A stretch of DNA of 64,000 bases from the human T2T-CHM13v2.0 reference genome, Homo sapiens. The notes beneath the pieces were generated by a model that ran no database searches, was not told the DNA's origin, and saw only the letters and a list, made by a program, of their open reading frames with translations. Of this stretch, positions 13,183-26,767 are shown piece after piece. The stretch lies in the NCBI RefSeq assembly GCF_009914755.1, contig NC_060933.1; one strand, 5' to 3'. Position 1 is the stretch's first letter. The number at the start of each line of letters is the position of its first letter. Made by a program: the position numbers and the translations under genes.

Positions 13183-15046
13183 GATGTGTGTTTCACATCT
13201 TATTTGCTTGTGCTGTGACCTACAATGGATTTTCAATGTCGGACTGGGAAAGTATTTCTGAAGTCAATTAGCATCATTCCCCATCTTGTGGATGAAGATT
13301 CTACATGCTAGGACTTCATATTGCCATCTCAGAGGCCTCACAGGAATTTCTCAGTCCCCTTCCCCCTCCCACAAATGATTCTGTATAATTTATAATATAT
13401 ATGCTGGCCAGAATGCTGCTAATCTGTGATTCCAACCATGTACCAGTGATTACCCAGGCATAATCAACATGGATTATGGATTTGAGGGCCAAAACATTCC
13501 TCAGTATTTATTGCTTTGACTTAAAATGAACTACTGAAAATAAAATAGCTTCAGACACAATAAGGCATTTCCTAATTCAGCAGGAAAACTGAGAAATATG
13601 GGGGTTATTTGAAACCTATAGCGATAAAGTTCCCACTGCTATTGAAGTTATTGTCTTTAAACAAAAGATTCTGTATCAGTAACATTATTTTTTGCATGAT
13701 ATTCAAGTTAATTTCCTGTTATCTGTAAAGAAGCAATGAGGTAGTTAGTATGACTCCCAAAGGTAAAGAATCCTGTTTTGTTATGATTTCCTGCTACCTA
13801 AAGGTGGGAAAGACTCAGGACATTACAATCAGTGTGTTATGTGTGGCAGGTTACAGTGTGGTTTATTTATGAATTTTATGGATATATTTTCTGAATATGT
13901 AGCTCTTTTTGAATTTGGGTAGATAAATGTTTTGTGCCTTTGGAAGACTTGTAGTTGTACACTGTGGTTTTATAGTCCATTGTCTTAGGATAGAGATAAG
14001 CTAGAGTAGTTCTTGTCACTATAAAGTACTTTCATGTTGATAGTCTGTGCTTATTTAGTAGTATATGACGCAATACCTTCTGAGAACAAGGAGAGGAATA
14101 CTTGAAAAAATTACAATGGATAATGGAAATTGTAATATACTCCTACCATAATATATAATTTTAAAGCTAACAAATAATCATAGTTGAAAATTTGAAAATT
14201 TTCTAGATGTCAATAAAATTTTGAGCAAATTTGATAATGTAAAGTTGTCCAGGAATATTAGTGCTTTAAAATTTTCTAGGACTTCAGATAACTCTGCTTC
14301 CTAAAAGTGTATTCACGATATTTTATCTTAATGAAGTGTTCATCATGTGGACACACTCACATGCACATATATTATTCTGTTAAAAAAATAGAAAGACATG
14401 CATATTTCTGATGTCTCAGCCAAATGGAATACGAAACAGGGAAAAGTCAACAAGCAGAAAAAAACACTAAGTAGCATCTCCTTAATTGCTTACATCAGTT
14501 CTGCTGATACCTCTTTGTGGATAAAGTAATTAATGGGGAATCTAATTCAAGAAAAATGCATGAACTTCAAGCCTTTTGAAGCCAAGAATGTCTTTCCACA
14601 AAAGGCAACCATCCATTACCACACTTCCTTAATATCTTCCAGAGAGAGAGTACTGCATACAGCATTAGATATGCCAGAAGGAAGGTGCTTTCCACACTGA
14701 TGGTCATAAATGACTTTGAATCTCTACTTCCATATTATGGTAATTTTAAACCAGTATATGTTTCGAAGACACTGTATCTTAATTTTTAGGGCCACAATGG
14801 CTTTGATATGACAATTGTTTTGTCATTCCTCAGGACAATAAAAATACAATGACCTGGAAGTATCATTACAGAGCAGGAAGGTGTTGATTGTTTGTTTCCA
14901 GAGTGAAGGGGAGTTGAAGAGACCCACAACTTAGTGAGTGAGAAGGGAATATGTTATTAGTGAAAAGCCAGGTTTAAGTTAAGGCAAAGAGGCATGAGGA
15001 AAGAATAAACTGGTATAGTGTTTAAAAGATCATCAAGAATCATATC

Positions 15047-15345
15047 TGTCGGTGGCTCAGGCCTGTAATCCCAGCACTTTGGGAGGCTGAGGTGGGCAAA
15101 TCATGAGGTTAGGAGTTTGAGACCAGCCTGGCCAACATGGTGAAACCCCATCTCTACTAAAAATACAAAAATAGCTGGGCATGGTGGTGGGCACCTGTAA
15201 TTCCAGCTACTCAGGAGGCTGAGGCAGGAGAATAGTTTGAACCCAGAAGGCAGAGGTTGCAGTGAGCTTAGATTGCACCACTGCACTGCAGCATGGGCAA
15301 CAAAGTGAGGCTCTGTCTCAAAAATAAAAAAATAAAAAATAAAAA
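15047..15345 (+). mobile_element. Alu (AluSg-like)
   Basis: Dimeric Alu with a patterned A tail; TSD AAGAATCATATC (15035-15046) / AAAAATCATATC (15342-15353). Confidence 0.92.
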
Positions 15346-15577
15346 ATCATATCCATGATGTAATGTGTACTGCAATCTTCTGAAACTAATGGTTTTTATA
15401 TTGGAAAGAACCATAAAGTTTGGGATAACAATCCATTTGAAGTTGGATTATTTCAAGGAAAGGATGTATCGTGATAACCCTTTACTACAAATATCTTGAT
15501 AACTCCCTCCCATACTCTGTTGTAGAAACTGCTGGTTTAATGACAGCTTGAGATGCACACTGTCAGCCAGAATTTAT

Positions 15578-15725
15578 CATTCATTTAGTCATTCAACAAA
15601 CAAGTAGTGGTCATTTTCTATTGCCAGTCACTCTTCTAGGCTTTGGGGATTCATCAATAAAAACTAAAATGAATAAAACCAAAAGTCAAAGATCCTGGTC
15701 TTCATGAAGATTATATTGCAGGTCC
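15578..15725 (-). mobile_element. L2 3' end fragment
   Basis: CATTCATTTAGTCATTCAACAAA...TGCCAGTCACTCTTCTAGG...CTTCATGAAG is a typical antisense L2 tail. Confidence 0.65.
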
Positions 15726-15827
15726 CATGATAGATGGTTAGTTAAGAGAGATGTACATAAGTTTTAACCATATTGTGTCATCTCTGTAATATAAATGCAG
15801 CAAGGTAATTTTTTAAAAATGTATTTG

Positions 15828-18800
15828 GAGTGTGGGGCCAAGATGGCCAACTTAGATGCAGTGTGATTGGAGGCTCTCACCGAAAAGAACCAAAACAGTG
15901 TGTGAATCCTGCACCAGCAACCAAGATAACCAGGTTCTGTCATCAGAACTGATTAGGTGGCTGGTGTGACTTACGGAGAGGAGCAGGATGGTGGGTCAGC
16001 CCACCTGTAAGCCACACAGGGCAGGGGAGCCCATACCTCCAGACAAGGGAGGCGGTAAGTGAGCATGCTACCCAGCCTGGAAAACCGTGCTTCTTCCATG
16101 GAACTGTGCAACCCATGGATCAGAAGATCCCACAGATGAACCCATGCCACTGGGGCCTTGGGTCCCAACTACGGACCTACGCAGATTCTCAACAGCCTCT
16201 CTGCTGGAATCTGCCTAAGCCTACTGAGTTCTCAGGGGGAGGGGCAGCCATCACCACTGCTGCTGCCTGCTGTCTAAACCATCTGAGCTCCTTGAGGGAG
16301 GAGTGGCAGCCACTGCCTCCATTGCCTAAGACAAAAGAGCTCCCCGAGGGAGTGGTGGCCACCACCACTGGTGCTGCCAGCTGTATAAGCTGTCTGAGCT
16401 CTCTGGGGGAGGGGGAGCAGCCAAAACTGAGGCTGCAACCTACTTAAGACACTAAGCTACATAAGACATAGCTGTAGGCCACACTTTTCTCCTGCTGGAG
16501 CCAGGGAGGCTGGACTGCTTGGTCCCAGAAGGTATTCCCTATAGCACAACACTCTGGCTGTGGCTGACTGCAGCCAGATTGCCTCTTCAGGCTGCACCCT
16601 GACCCATCCCTCCTCACTGGGCTGGACCCCTTGCAGGAATTCCAGCAACTCCAGCCAGGGGGCTCAGGGAGAGAACTCTGATCTCTCTGAGCCTGAATGC
16701 CTAGGGGGAGTGGTGGCCATAGTCTCCATAGACCATCAGACTCAGTCTTTCTTCCTGCTAACTCTGAGGAATCCAGGCAGCCCAGATGAGTGGGTTTCCC
16801 CCAGCATGGCACACTCCCTCCATCAAGGGAAAACCAAAGCGCTTTATTAAATGGGTCCTGGTTCCTATGCCCACCAACAGAGTAAGACCCCCCCTCCCCA
16901 CACCAACAGGGGATGCCAGACACCCTATACAGGAGCTTTCCTATTGGCATTAGGTTGCTGTCCCCTCGAAGTCAGAGATCCCAGAGGAAGGGGCAAGCAC
17001 CCATCTGGGCTGTTCTCCAGCCTCCTCCGGAGACATCTCCAGGGGCAGGAGTGAACCGGATGAAAAGGGCAAATGAAAGAAATAAAGGGTATTCAAAAAG
17101 GAAGAGAGGAAGTCAAAGTGTCCCTGTTTGCAGATGACATGATTGTATATTTAGAAAACCCCATTGTCTCAGCCCCAAAACCCCTTAAGCTAATAAGCAA
17201 CTTCAGCAAAGTCTCAGGATACAAAATCGAGGTGCAAAAATCACAAGCATTCCTATACACGAATAACAGACAAACAGAGAGCCAAATCATGAGTGAACTA
17301 CCATTCACAATTGCTACAAAGAGAATAAAATACCTAGGAATACAGCATACAAGGGATGTGAAGGACCTCTTCAAGGAGAACTACAAACCACTGTTCAAGG
17401 AAATAAGAGGGGACACAAACAAATGGAAAAACATTCCATGCTCATGGATAGGAAGAATCAATATTGTGAAAATGGCCATACTGCCCAAAGTAATTTATAG
17501 ATTCAATGCTATTCCCATCAATCTATCATTGACTTTCTTCACAGAATTAGAAAAAACTACTTTAAATTTCATATGGAACCAAAAGAGAGCCCGTACAGCC
17601 AAGACAATCTGAAGCAAAAAGAACAAAACTGGAGGCATCTCACTACCTGACTTCAAAATATACTACAAGTCTACAGTGATCAAAACAGCATGGTACTGGT
17701 ACCAAAACAGATATATAGACCAATGGAACAGAACACAGGCCTCAGAAATAATACCGCATATCTACAACTATCTGATCTTTGACAAACCTGACAAAAACAA
17801 GTGATGGGGAAAGGATTTCCTATTTAATAAATGGTGTTGGGAAAACTGGCTAGCCATATGTAGAAAACTGAAACTGGACCCCTTCCTTATATCTTATGCA
17901 AAAATTCACTCAAGATGGATTCAAGACTTAAAATCTAAAATTATAAAAACCCTAGAAGAAAGCCTGGGCAATACCATCCAGGGCATAGGCATGGGTGAAG
18001 ACTTCAAGAGTAAAACACCAAAAACAATGGCAACAAAAGCCAAAATTGATAAATGGGATCTAATTAAACTAAAGAGCTTCTGTACAGAAAAAGAAACTAT
18101 CATCAGAGTGAACAGACAACCTACAGAATGGGAGAAAATTTTTGGAGTTTATCCATCTGACAAAGGTCTAATATCCAGAATCTAGAAGGAACTTAAATTT
18201 ACAAGAAAAAAACAACCCCATTAAAAAGTGGGTGAAGGATATGAACAGACACTTCTCAAAAGAAGACATTTATGCAGCCAACAAACATGAAAAAAAGGCT
18301 CATCATCACTGGTCATTAGAGAAATGCAAATCAAAACCACAGTGAGATACCATCTCATGCCAGTTAGAATGGCAATAATTAAAAAGTCAGGAAACAGATG
18401 TTGGACAGGATGTGAATAAAGAGGAATGATTTTACATTGTTGGTGGGAGTGTAAATTAGTTCAACCATTATGGAAGACAGTGTGGCAATTCTCAAGGATC
18501 TAGAACCAAAAATCCCATTTGACCCAGCAATCCCATTACTGGCTATATACCCAAAGGATTATAAATCATTCTACTATAAAGACACATGCACACATATATT
18601 TCTTGCAGCACTATTCACAATAGCAAAGAACTGGAAGCAACCCAAATGCCCATCAATGATAGACTGGATAAAGAAAATGTGGCACATATACATCGTGGAA
18701 TACTATGCAGCCACAAAAAGGAATGAGTCCATATTCTTTGCAGGGACATGGATGAAGCTGGAAGCCATCATTATCAGCAAACTAACACAGGAACAGAAAA

Positions 18801-19058
18801 CCAAACACTGCATGGTCTTATTCATAATTGGGAGCTGAACAATGAGAACACATGGACACAGGGAGGGGAACAACACACACTGGGGCCTGTTGGTGGGGGT
18901 GAGGGGAGGGGGAGCATCAGGGAAAATGGCTGGTGCATGCAGGGTTTAATGCCTAGGTGACAGGTTGATAGGTGCAGCAAACCACCAAGGTACCCATTAA
19001 CCTATGTAACAATCCTGCACGTTCTGCACATGTATCCTGGAACTTCAAGTAAAAATTT
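15828..19058 (+). mobile_element. LINE-1 (L1PA10-like) with 5'UTR retained but ORF1 and endonuclease deleted
   Basis: 5' end GGGGCCAAGATGGCC (YY1 site) and GC-rich 5'UTR to about 17070, then an abrupt switch to ORF2 RT ([29 protein letters not shown]). ORF2 C-terminus and L1PA10-13-type 3'UTR follow. Degraded TSD TTTTAAAAATGTATTTG (15811-15827) / TTTTAAAAACTTATGTG (19056-19072). Confidence 0.9.
17073..17612 (+). pseudogene. L1 ORF2p fragment (RT core with FADD motif), 179-aa open frame
   Basis: The translation matches L1 ORF2p RT; it terminates at a premature TGA and further frameshifts follow. Confidence 0.85.
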
Positions 19059-19539
19059 TAAAAACTTATGTGTTTCACATTCCTACTCACTTTCACACCT
19101 GTCATTGCTCCCTTTGTGGAAGGGAGAATCACAGAGAACAAAAATGTCAAATCCCAACTATTCAAGTTAATTTTTCCAACTTCCAACAGAGACAATAGTT
19201 TATTTGTTAAGATATGTGAGTGTCAAAGAGGTAGCTTTTGCAAACTGCAATCCAAATATATCTATATAGCTTTGGAAAGAATATATTATGTAATGATAGA
19301 AGAGCTGATTTTCCTTCCCTAAACTTCACTAGGTTGGAAGAAGGTACAGGAAATAAATCAAGATACTGAAACATAGGTGAGTTCCCCGAAAGGGAAGCCT
19401 GACACTTTAAAATGATGTAGATAATTCTAGATATATTTTAAAGTAGGAAAGACCAATGAATCCCTTCCAATCTTATGCCCTGGGAGAAAGCAGCACATTT
19501 TCTTTGAGGGTTGAGAGCCTTTTATTTGTTGTGCTTTGT

Positions 19540-19872
19540 CTTTAATAAACTTTATTGAGGAATCATTTACATGCAATAAAATACATATATATTTAGTGAA
19601 CAGTTCAGTGAATTTTAGTCAGTGTATACATTTGTGTAGTCAGTACCACCATAAAGATAGAGAATCATTCCAAACCTCTAGAAAGTTCCCCTTCCGGCTC
19701 TTGGCAAAAATTCCCTTATTTTCTGCACCAGGCGACCAGTGATCTGTTTTCTAACATTATACATTAATTTTGTCTATTCTAGAATTTATATAAATTGAAT
19801 AATTTACTAGGTATGCTTTTGCATCTGGCTTCACTTGCTTAGTATGTGGTTTTTGAGATTCATTCTTATTGA
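19540..19872 (-). mobile_element. Old L1M (L1ME/L1MB8-like) 3'UTR fragment
   Basis: CTTTATTGAGG...ATTTACATGCAATAAAAT, TTCTAGAATTTATATAAAT and TTTTTGAGATTCAT motifs. Confidence 0.75.
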
Positions 19873-20324
19873 AATTTTTAAAACAGGAATTTAGCCTGGA
19901 TGACTGACTTTGTCTTCAACCTAAGCCTCTGGCATTACCTGTGTCTGTTTTTGGCTTACTATGACCATTTCTAACTTTTCAAAGCAGCACACGGTTTACA
20001 AAAGAAAGGTTGTTGTCAGTATAAGAGAGGGAAAGTGTTTTTTGTTGTATAAGTTTCTCAGCATACATTGACCTGGTTGGCATCATTGTGTTGATAATCC
20101 AGGAGGATGTTTTCTTATAAAAATTTTGATATTATAAAACTTTTATAGGCAGTTGTCCTAATACTATTTTAGGTTTTTGGTTTTTGAAAACACTTCTGGA
20201 AAGTCTAAAGGGTCATAACCAGAAAGAAGCAGTAACTCACCTGAGGGCTAATTCTTTTGCTGAAGTTGAGTCATCTGACCTTTAAATGCCCTCTGATAGA
20301 GCCAGATACTCTTACAAAACAATG

Positions 20325-20710
20325 CTCTCCTAGTTTTCTTGTACTGCTACAGCATAATACCCGGGACTGCATAATTTATAAGCAACTGAAATGTATTTCT
20401 CATAGTTCTGGAGGCTAAAAGTTCAAGATCAAGGTGAGGGTAGGTTCAGTTGTCTGGTGAGGCTACATCCGCTGTAGGAGTGGAATGCAGTGTGCTCCCT
20501 TGGCTGGAGAAGAAGAATAAGCTAGAAAACTAGCAAAACTAGCTGAAAGACAGGTGATAAAGATAAAGCTGAAAGGCAGTTAATAAAGGCCTAATCCCAT
20601 TAATGAGAGAGGAGCCCTCATGACCTAAATCATCTCTCAAAGGCCCTGCCTCTTAATACTATCACATTAGCAAAATCTGAATTTTGGAGGGGACACATTC
20701 AAAATAGTAC
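20325..20710 (-). mobile_element. MST/MLT1A-type MaLR solo LTR (MSTC-like)
   Basis: TTTCTCATAGTTCTGGAGGCT...TCAAGATCAAGGTG, GGAGCCCTCATGACCTAA and GAATTTTGGAGGGGACACATTCAAA. Confidence 0.85.
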
Positions 20711-23013
20711 TCTTTTATTGGATAAAAATGTATAGATGAATTTAACATGGATAGGTATATGCCGTAAAGTTTAAAAAATAAAGAATCTTAGTTTGGCTTA
20801 CTGTTTTCATTTAGGTTTCTGTGGCATGTGCTAATAGTTTAGGATAACCTCAGGTTAGTTTTGGTTCTACTTTTTATACAAATGTTGAAATACTCCGTAT
20901 CTAATTTTTCTTTTTCTTCCCTTCCTCCCTCCCTACCTCCTTCCTTCTCTCCATGTCTCCGTTTCTTTCAGCTTCTTTTAGCCCATTACACTTTACTCTG
21001 CATTGTCAAGGTGGCAATGAATAGGAAGATTGGAATCAGTGTGAAAAGGGTCTATGGATATTCTGCTGTTCAGAATGCACATTGCCAAGCTTTTACGTTG
21101 AGGAGGGGTCTGAATTTGCCCACAGTAACCCTTCCCAGGGTCTTTGGATAAAAGCCATAGAAGCTGAGCTGTGATATCCTGACAGGAAAGTAGAATTCAC
21201 AGCAATTGTCCTCAAAGAGCTTACCTGCCTAAGATGCATATGAATGCATTTAATTATTCCTTTATTGGCACCCACTCCAACATCCAGAGCCTATTTTGTT
21301 TTTTATCATCATCATTGCCTGCTGTTTACCACTGTATACCTTGCTAATGGTGTGGTTTCCATGGCTTGTTAATTTCATGGCCAAATAATATTGTAATTTA
21401 TTGCACTCTTTAATGTGGAAGCCTGAGACTCCATAAATTCTTGTGCATTTTTCCCTCTTTGGAATATTAAACAGATCAGGCAAAGTAATAAATTTATTTC
21501 AAATGCACTTGATAGCAAAACATCGATTAGGACTGATTGGCAATATTTCTTCTTTCAGCAACTGTGACTATTTTTAAAGATTATTTTAAACATTGAATAT
21601 GAAGTTACTTAAGACAGGACTCAGTTCACTAGGATCACTTAGAACAATAAAGGGAAATTTGTGATGGCTATCTGTAGCTTATTCAAATATTGACTAATCA
21701 GCTCCAGCTTGGCTAATTTAATTTGTAAGAATTCATTTAGTATTTTATTAACTCTTGCCCTTCCCCTATCACTCTCATAAGAATGGATCATTAGAATCTT
21801 AAAACATACTAAGTCACTTTCTATTTCTGCAACTCTAACTAAAAAGCACTTCTTACTTATCTAATGTAACCTGCTTTTAGAATAACTGAGGCTTTAATTA
21901 GCTCTAAAATTAAAGCAAATAAACAAAAAGAAATACATCAAGGAGCCACTGAATTTTAGAGCTTGAGGATGAAGACTTTAGAATTAAGGACAAATCTATC
22001 ATTTTAGAGCTAAAACAACTGAGGCCTAAATTTAGAAGGTAGTTGCCCAGACCACGGAAAGGGATAGAAGACCAGGTTCCAAGCTGAGAGAGAGATGGGC
22101 AACACTCAATTGGAGCATTTCAGAAACTGAAATGTAAGCCCCTAGGGCTTTGGGAAAGCTGGCATCTGGATACAGTCTTGAGATTTCAGACAGACAGTGG
22201 GCCCGGTGGGCCCTGAGCTTCTGTAGTGGGCAGGGAACATCACCATGTCTTCTGAAAATGTTACAAAATGCAGGGACATGAACAGTGACTTCCATTGCTA
22301 AATTAATTCTGAGTTTAGATTTACCTCAGATACTTGAGAAAGATCTTAAACAAGGGCAAAGTCCAAGTCTGTTTCTTGAAATTCATGCTCCGCGTTTAGT
22401 GGTAGAGGCACTTAAACTCTTCAACTGATTCCAACACTTTTATTTTACTCTATGTTTAATTCTAATAGTCCTACAATTGATTATTTAATAAATGAATAGC
22501 TAGCATCACAAACAGTGTGAAGGTCTGTATAAAGAGAGTAAGGATGGGGGAGTAGAACAGTGTAGAATAGGGTATCAATATGAAGTGATCTTGGTAAATA
22601 AGAACAGCTATTAGAAATGAAAATACATTCAGTAGGAAATGAGTGCCTGACATCCTCCCCTACACGCTGCATGTTTAGAAGTTGGTTTCTAAGTCCATGT
22701 TTTTTCCTCCCCATTTCCCTCTTCCTTTTAGCCTCTAGCAACCGTTAACTCCACTTCCTGTCTCTTATGATTTTGACTATTTAGGTACCCCATCCCCATA
22801 TAAGTGTAATCAGTATTTGTATTTTTGACTGGCTTATTTTACTTATAATATCCTCAAATTTCATTCCAGTTGTAGTATGGGTTGGAATTCCCTTTCTTCT
22901 TAAGGCTTAATACTAGTCCATTGTATGTGTATATTACATTTTGACTATCCATTCATCTATTGAGGGAAACTCGTGTTGCTTTCACTTTTTAGGTATTGCA
23001 ACTAATGTTGCTA

Positions 23014-23303
<290 letters not shown>

Positions 23304-23991
23304 AAACATGGGTGTATACATATCTCTTTCAGACCCTAAGACCCTGCTTTCAAATCTTTTGGGTATATACTCAGAAGTGGAATTGCTGAATCATGTGGTA
23401 ATTCTATTTTTAATTTTTTAGGCTCCACCATACTGTTTTCTATAGCAGCTATAACATTTTAATTTTCTCACCAACAGGGTACAAGGATACCATTTTCTCC
23501 ATATCCTCATCAAACTTGTTACTTTCTGTTTTTTGTTCCTTGAGAGCAACCATTCTGATGGGTATGAGGTTGTATCTCATAGTGGTTTTGATTTGTGTTT
23601 CCCTACTAATTGGTGATATTAAGAATGTCTGTATGCTTCTTGGCCATCTGTATACCTTCTTAGGTTAAATGTCTGTTCATGTCATTTACCCATTATTGAA
23701 TTGGGCTGTTTAATGTTGTCATTGTTATTGTTGACTAGGAATTCTCTATATATTCTGAATATCAATACTTTGTTAGATACATAGTTTGCAAATTTCTCCC
23801 ATTGTGTAGCATGCCTTTTCACTCTGTAGGTAGTATCTTTTGATTCACAAAAGGTCTTAATTTTCATGAAGTCTAATTTGTATATTTTTTAATTGCCTGT
23901 GCCTTTGGCATCATATCCAAGGGATCACAGTAGAATCTAATGTTGTGAAGCTTCTGCCCTATGTTCTTTTCTAAGAGTTTCATAATTTTAA

Positions 23992-23994
<3 letters not shown>

Positions 23995-24025
<31 letters not shown>

Positions 24026-24309
24026 GAGATGGAGTTTTGCTCTTGTTGCCCAGGCTGGAGTGCAATGGCGCGATCTCTGCTCATGGCAACTTCCACCCCC
24101 CGGCTTCAAGCAATTCTCTCCTGCCTCAGCTGCCCAAGTAGCTGGGATTACAGGTATGTGCCACCACGCCCAGGTTATTTTGTATTTTTAGTAGACACAG
24201 GGTTTCTCCATGTTGGTCAGGCTGGTCTCGAACCCTTGACTTTATATGATCCGCCTGCCTTGGCCTCCCAAAGTGCTGGGATTACAGGCGTGAGCCCCCA
24301 CACCCAGCC
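23995..24309 (-). mobile_element. Alu (AluSp-like)
   Basis: About 30 T tail and GGTTTCTCCATGTTGGTCAGG; TSD AATTTTAACTCTT at 23984-23996 and 24310-24322. Confidence 0.93.
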
Positions 24310-25617
24310 AATTTTAACTCTTACATTTATGTCTCTTATCTAGTTTTAGTTAATTTTGTATATGGTATTAGTTAAGGCTGCAACTTGATTCTTTTTCATA
24401 TGGAAATTCTAGCACTGTTTATTGAAAAGATAGTTCTTTCCCCTTTGACTGGTTTTGGCAATCTTATAGAAATTTATTTCACCATGTTTTCAAGTGTTTA
24501 TTTCTGGACTATTTTATTCTATTGGTCTATATGCATATCTCTTTTTATGCTAGTACCACACTATTTTGATTACTGTCAGCTTTGTATCAAGTTTTGAAAT
24601 CAGGAAGGGTGGGCCCTTCAATTTTGTTATTATTTTTTTTATTCCAAGACTGTTTTGGCTAGTCAGGGTTCCCTTGAGATTCCAAATTAATTTTAGAATA
24701 GGTTTTCCTATTTTTCCAAAAAACATCATTGGGATTTCAATAGGAATTGCATTAAATCTGTACAGCATTTTGGGTAATACTGATATCTCATTTAAAGTCT
24801 ATTTTGTGTGGTATTGATATAGTTACTCCTGCTCCCTTGTGGTTACTGTTTGCATGAAATATCTTTCCATCCTTTTACTGTCAAGCTGTTTGTCTTTGAA
24901 CATAAAGTGAATCACTTTTAAACAGCACATAGTTGGATCATGTTTTTAAAGATATATCCCGTCAATCTTTTTTTGATTGGAGGGTTTAATCCATTTTTAT
25001 TTAAAGAAATTACTGATAAGAAGAAACTTCTGTAGTTTTGCTATATTTTTCTACATACATTATAGATTTTTGTCCTTTTGTGGTTCCTACATTACTGTCT
25101 TCTTTTTTTTTTTAGTTGATTTTCTTGTAATGAAATGTTTTAATTAGCTTCTCTTTTCCTTTTGCATGTATTCTATAAGTATTTTGTTTGTGGTTACCAT
25201 AAAGATTACACTTAATATTCTAAAATTATAGCACTCTAAACTTAATTTATATTCCATTTAAATATTTAAATTTAAATATTTATATTTAAATATTAAGTAT
25301 GTGTTCTTTGAGCACATTTAACACAACTGTTTAAAGTCTTTGTATAGTAGGTCTGCCATCTGGTCTTTTTCAGGGATAGTCTCTGTTGTTTCTTTCTTTT
25401 CCTTTATTATGTATTTTGTGCTTGTGATTTTTTGAATTATTGAAAACTGGACATTTGAATCTAATAATGTGTTAACTCAACTCTGGTAATCAGATTCTCC
25501 TCCTTCCTCAGAATTTACTAATTTTGTTGTTTGTTTTGGTTTGGTTTTGATAATTTTTAGATTATCTCTGTGCCAAGGATCAGACTGAGATGTAAACTTA
25601 AAATTTTCTCCCATCTT

Positions 25618-25949
<332 letters not shown>

Positions 25950-26431
25950 CTAGGCAAGCTTGATGACTTTCTAATTTCTCCTGTATATGCAGTTATGTTG
26001 AGTGTCCTAGTATTGAATGTCTAGCTCCTAAAAGGGAAAAAAGAAGATAAAAATAAGTCAGGTGTGGGGGGCATGGAGACACTAATTCTTTAAATCCCTT
26101 GGAAGCTGCCTCTGCTCCATTGGAGGAGCAGCTTGCGACAATGGCAATGAGGTGCAACAATGGTTCTTCACCTCTATTTCTATATTTCCCTCATCAGAAG
26201 CAGCAATCAGCAACCAAAAAAAGACCACTGGCATTGGGAGAACAGGATCCTTATGGTCTACCCTGGTTCCTACAAGCTGTGTGCAAGATGCCTCAGGAAT
26301 ACTTGCACAACCTCCAGGCACAGGAATAAATGGTGTAGGATAGGTAGCCACTGCTGAATAAATCTCAATTTACCATCCAAGCCTTACCCTGGGAGGTTCA
26401 AGCCTTCACCAAACTTCAGAGTTATAAAACA

Positions 26432-26767
26432 CAGTATTCCTTTTATAATCTGAGAAGGGTATGTCCTAAGACCCTCAGTGGATGCCTGAAACTGCAGATA
26501 CTACTGGAGTCTATATAAACTGCTTTTTTGATATGATAAACAAGATGGCTACTAAATGACTAATGGGCAGATAGTGTATACAGCCTGGGTATTCTGGACA
26601 GAGGAATAATTCATGTCCTGGAAAGGACACAGTGGATGGCATGAGATTTCATCACACTACTCAGAATATTATGCAATTTAAAACTTACAAATTGTTCATT
26701 TATGAAATTTCCTTTTAATATTTTTGAAACCATGCAAAGTGAAACAACAGATAAGGTGGGACTACTG
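26432..26767 (-). mobile_element. MER44A TcMar-Tigger MITE
   Basis: TIR remnants CAGTATTCC and GGGACTACTG followed by TA; internal CAGTGGATGCCTGAAAC and GAGATTTCATCACACTACTCAGAA. Confidence 0.8.
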
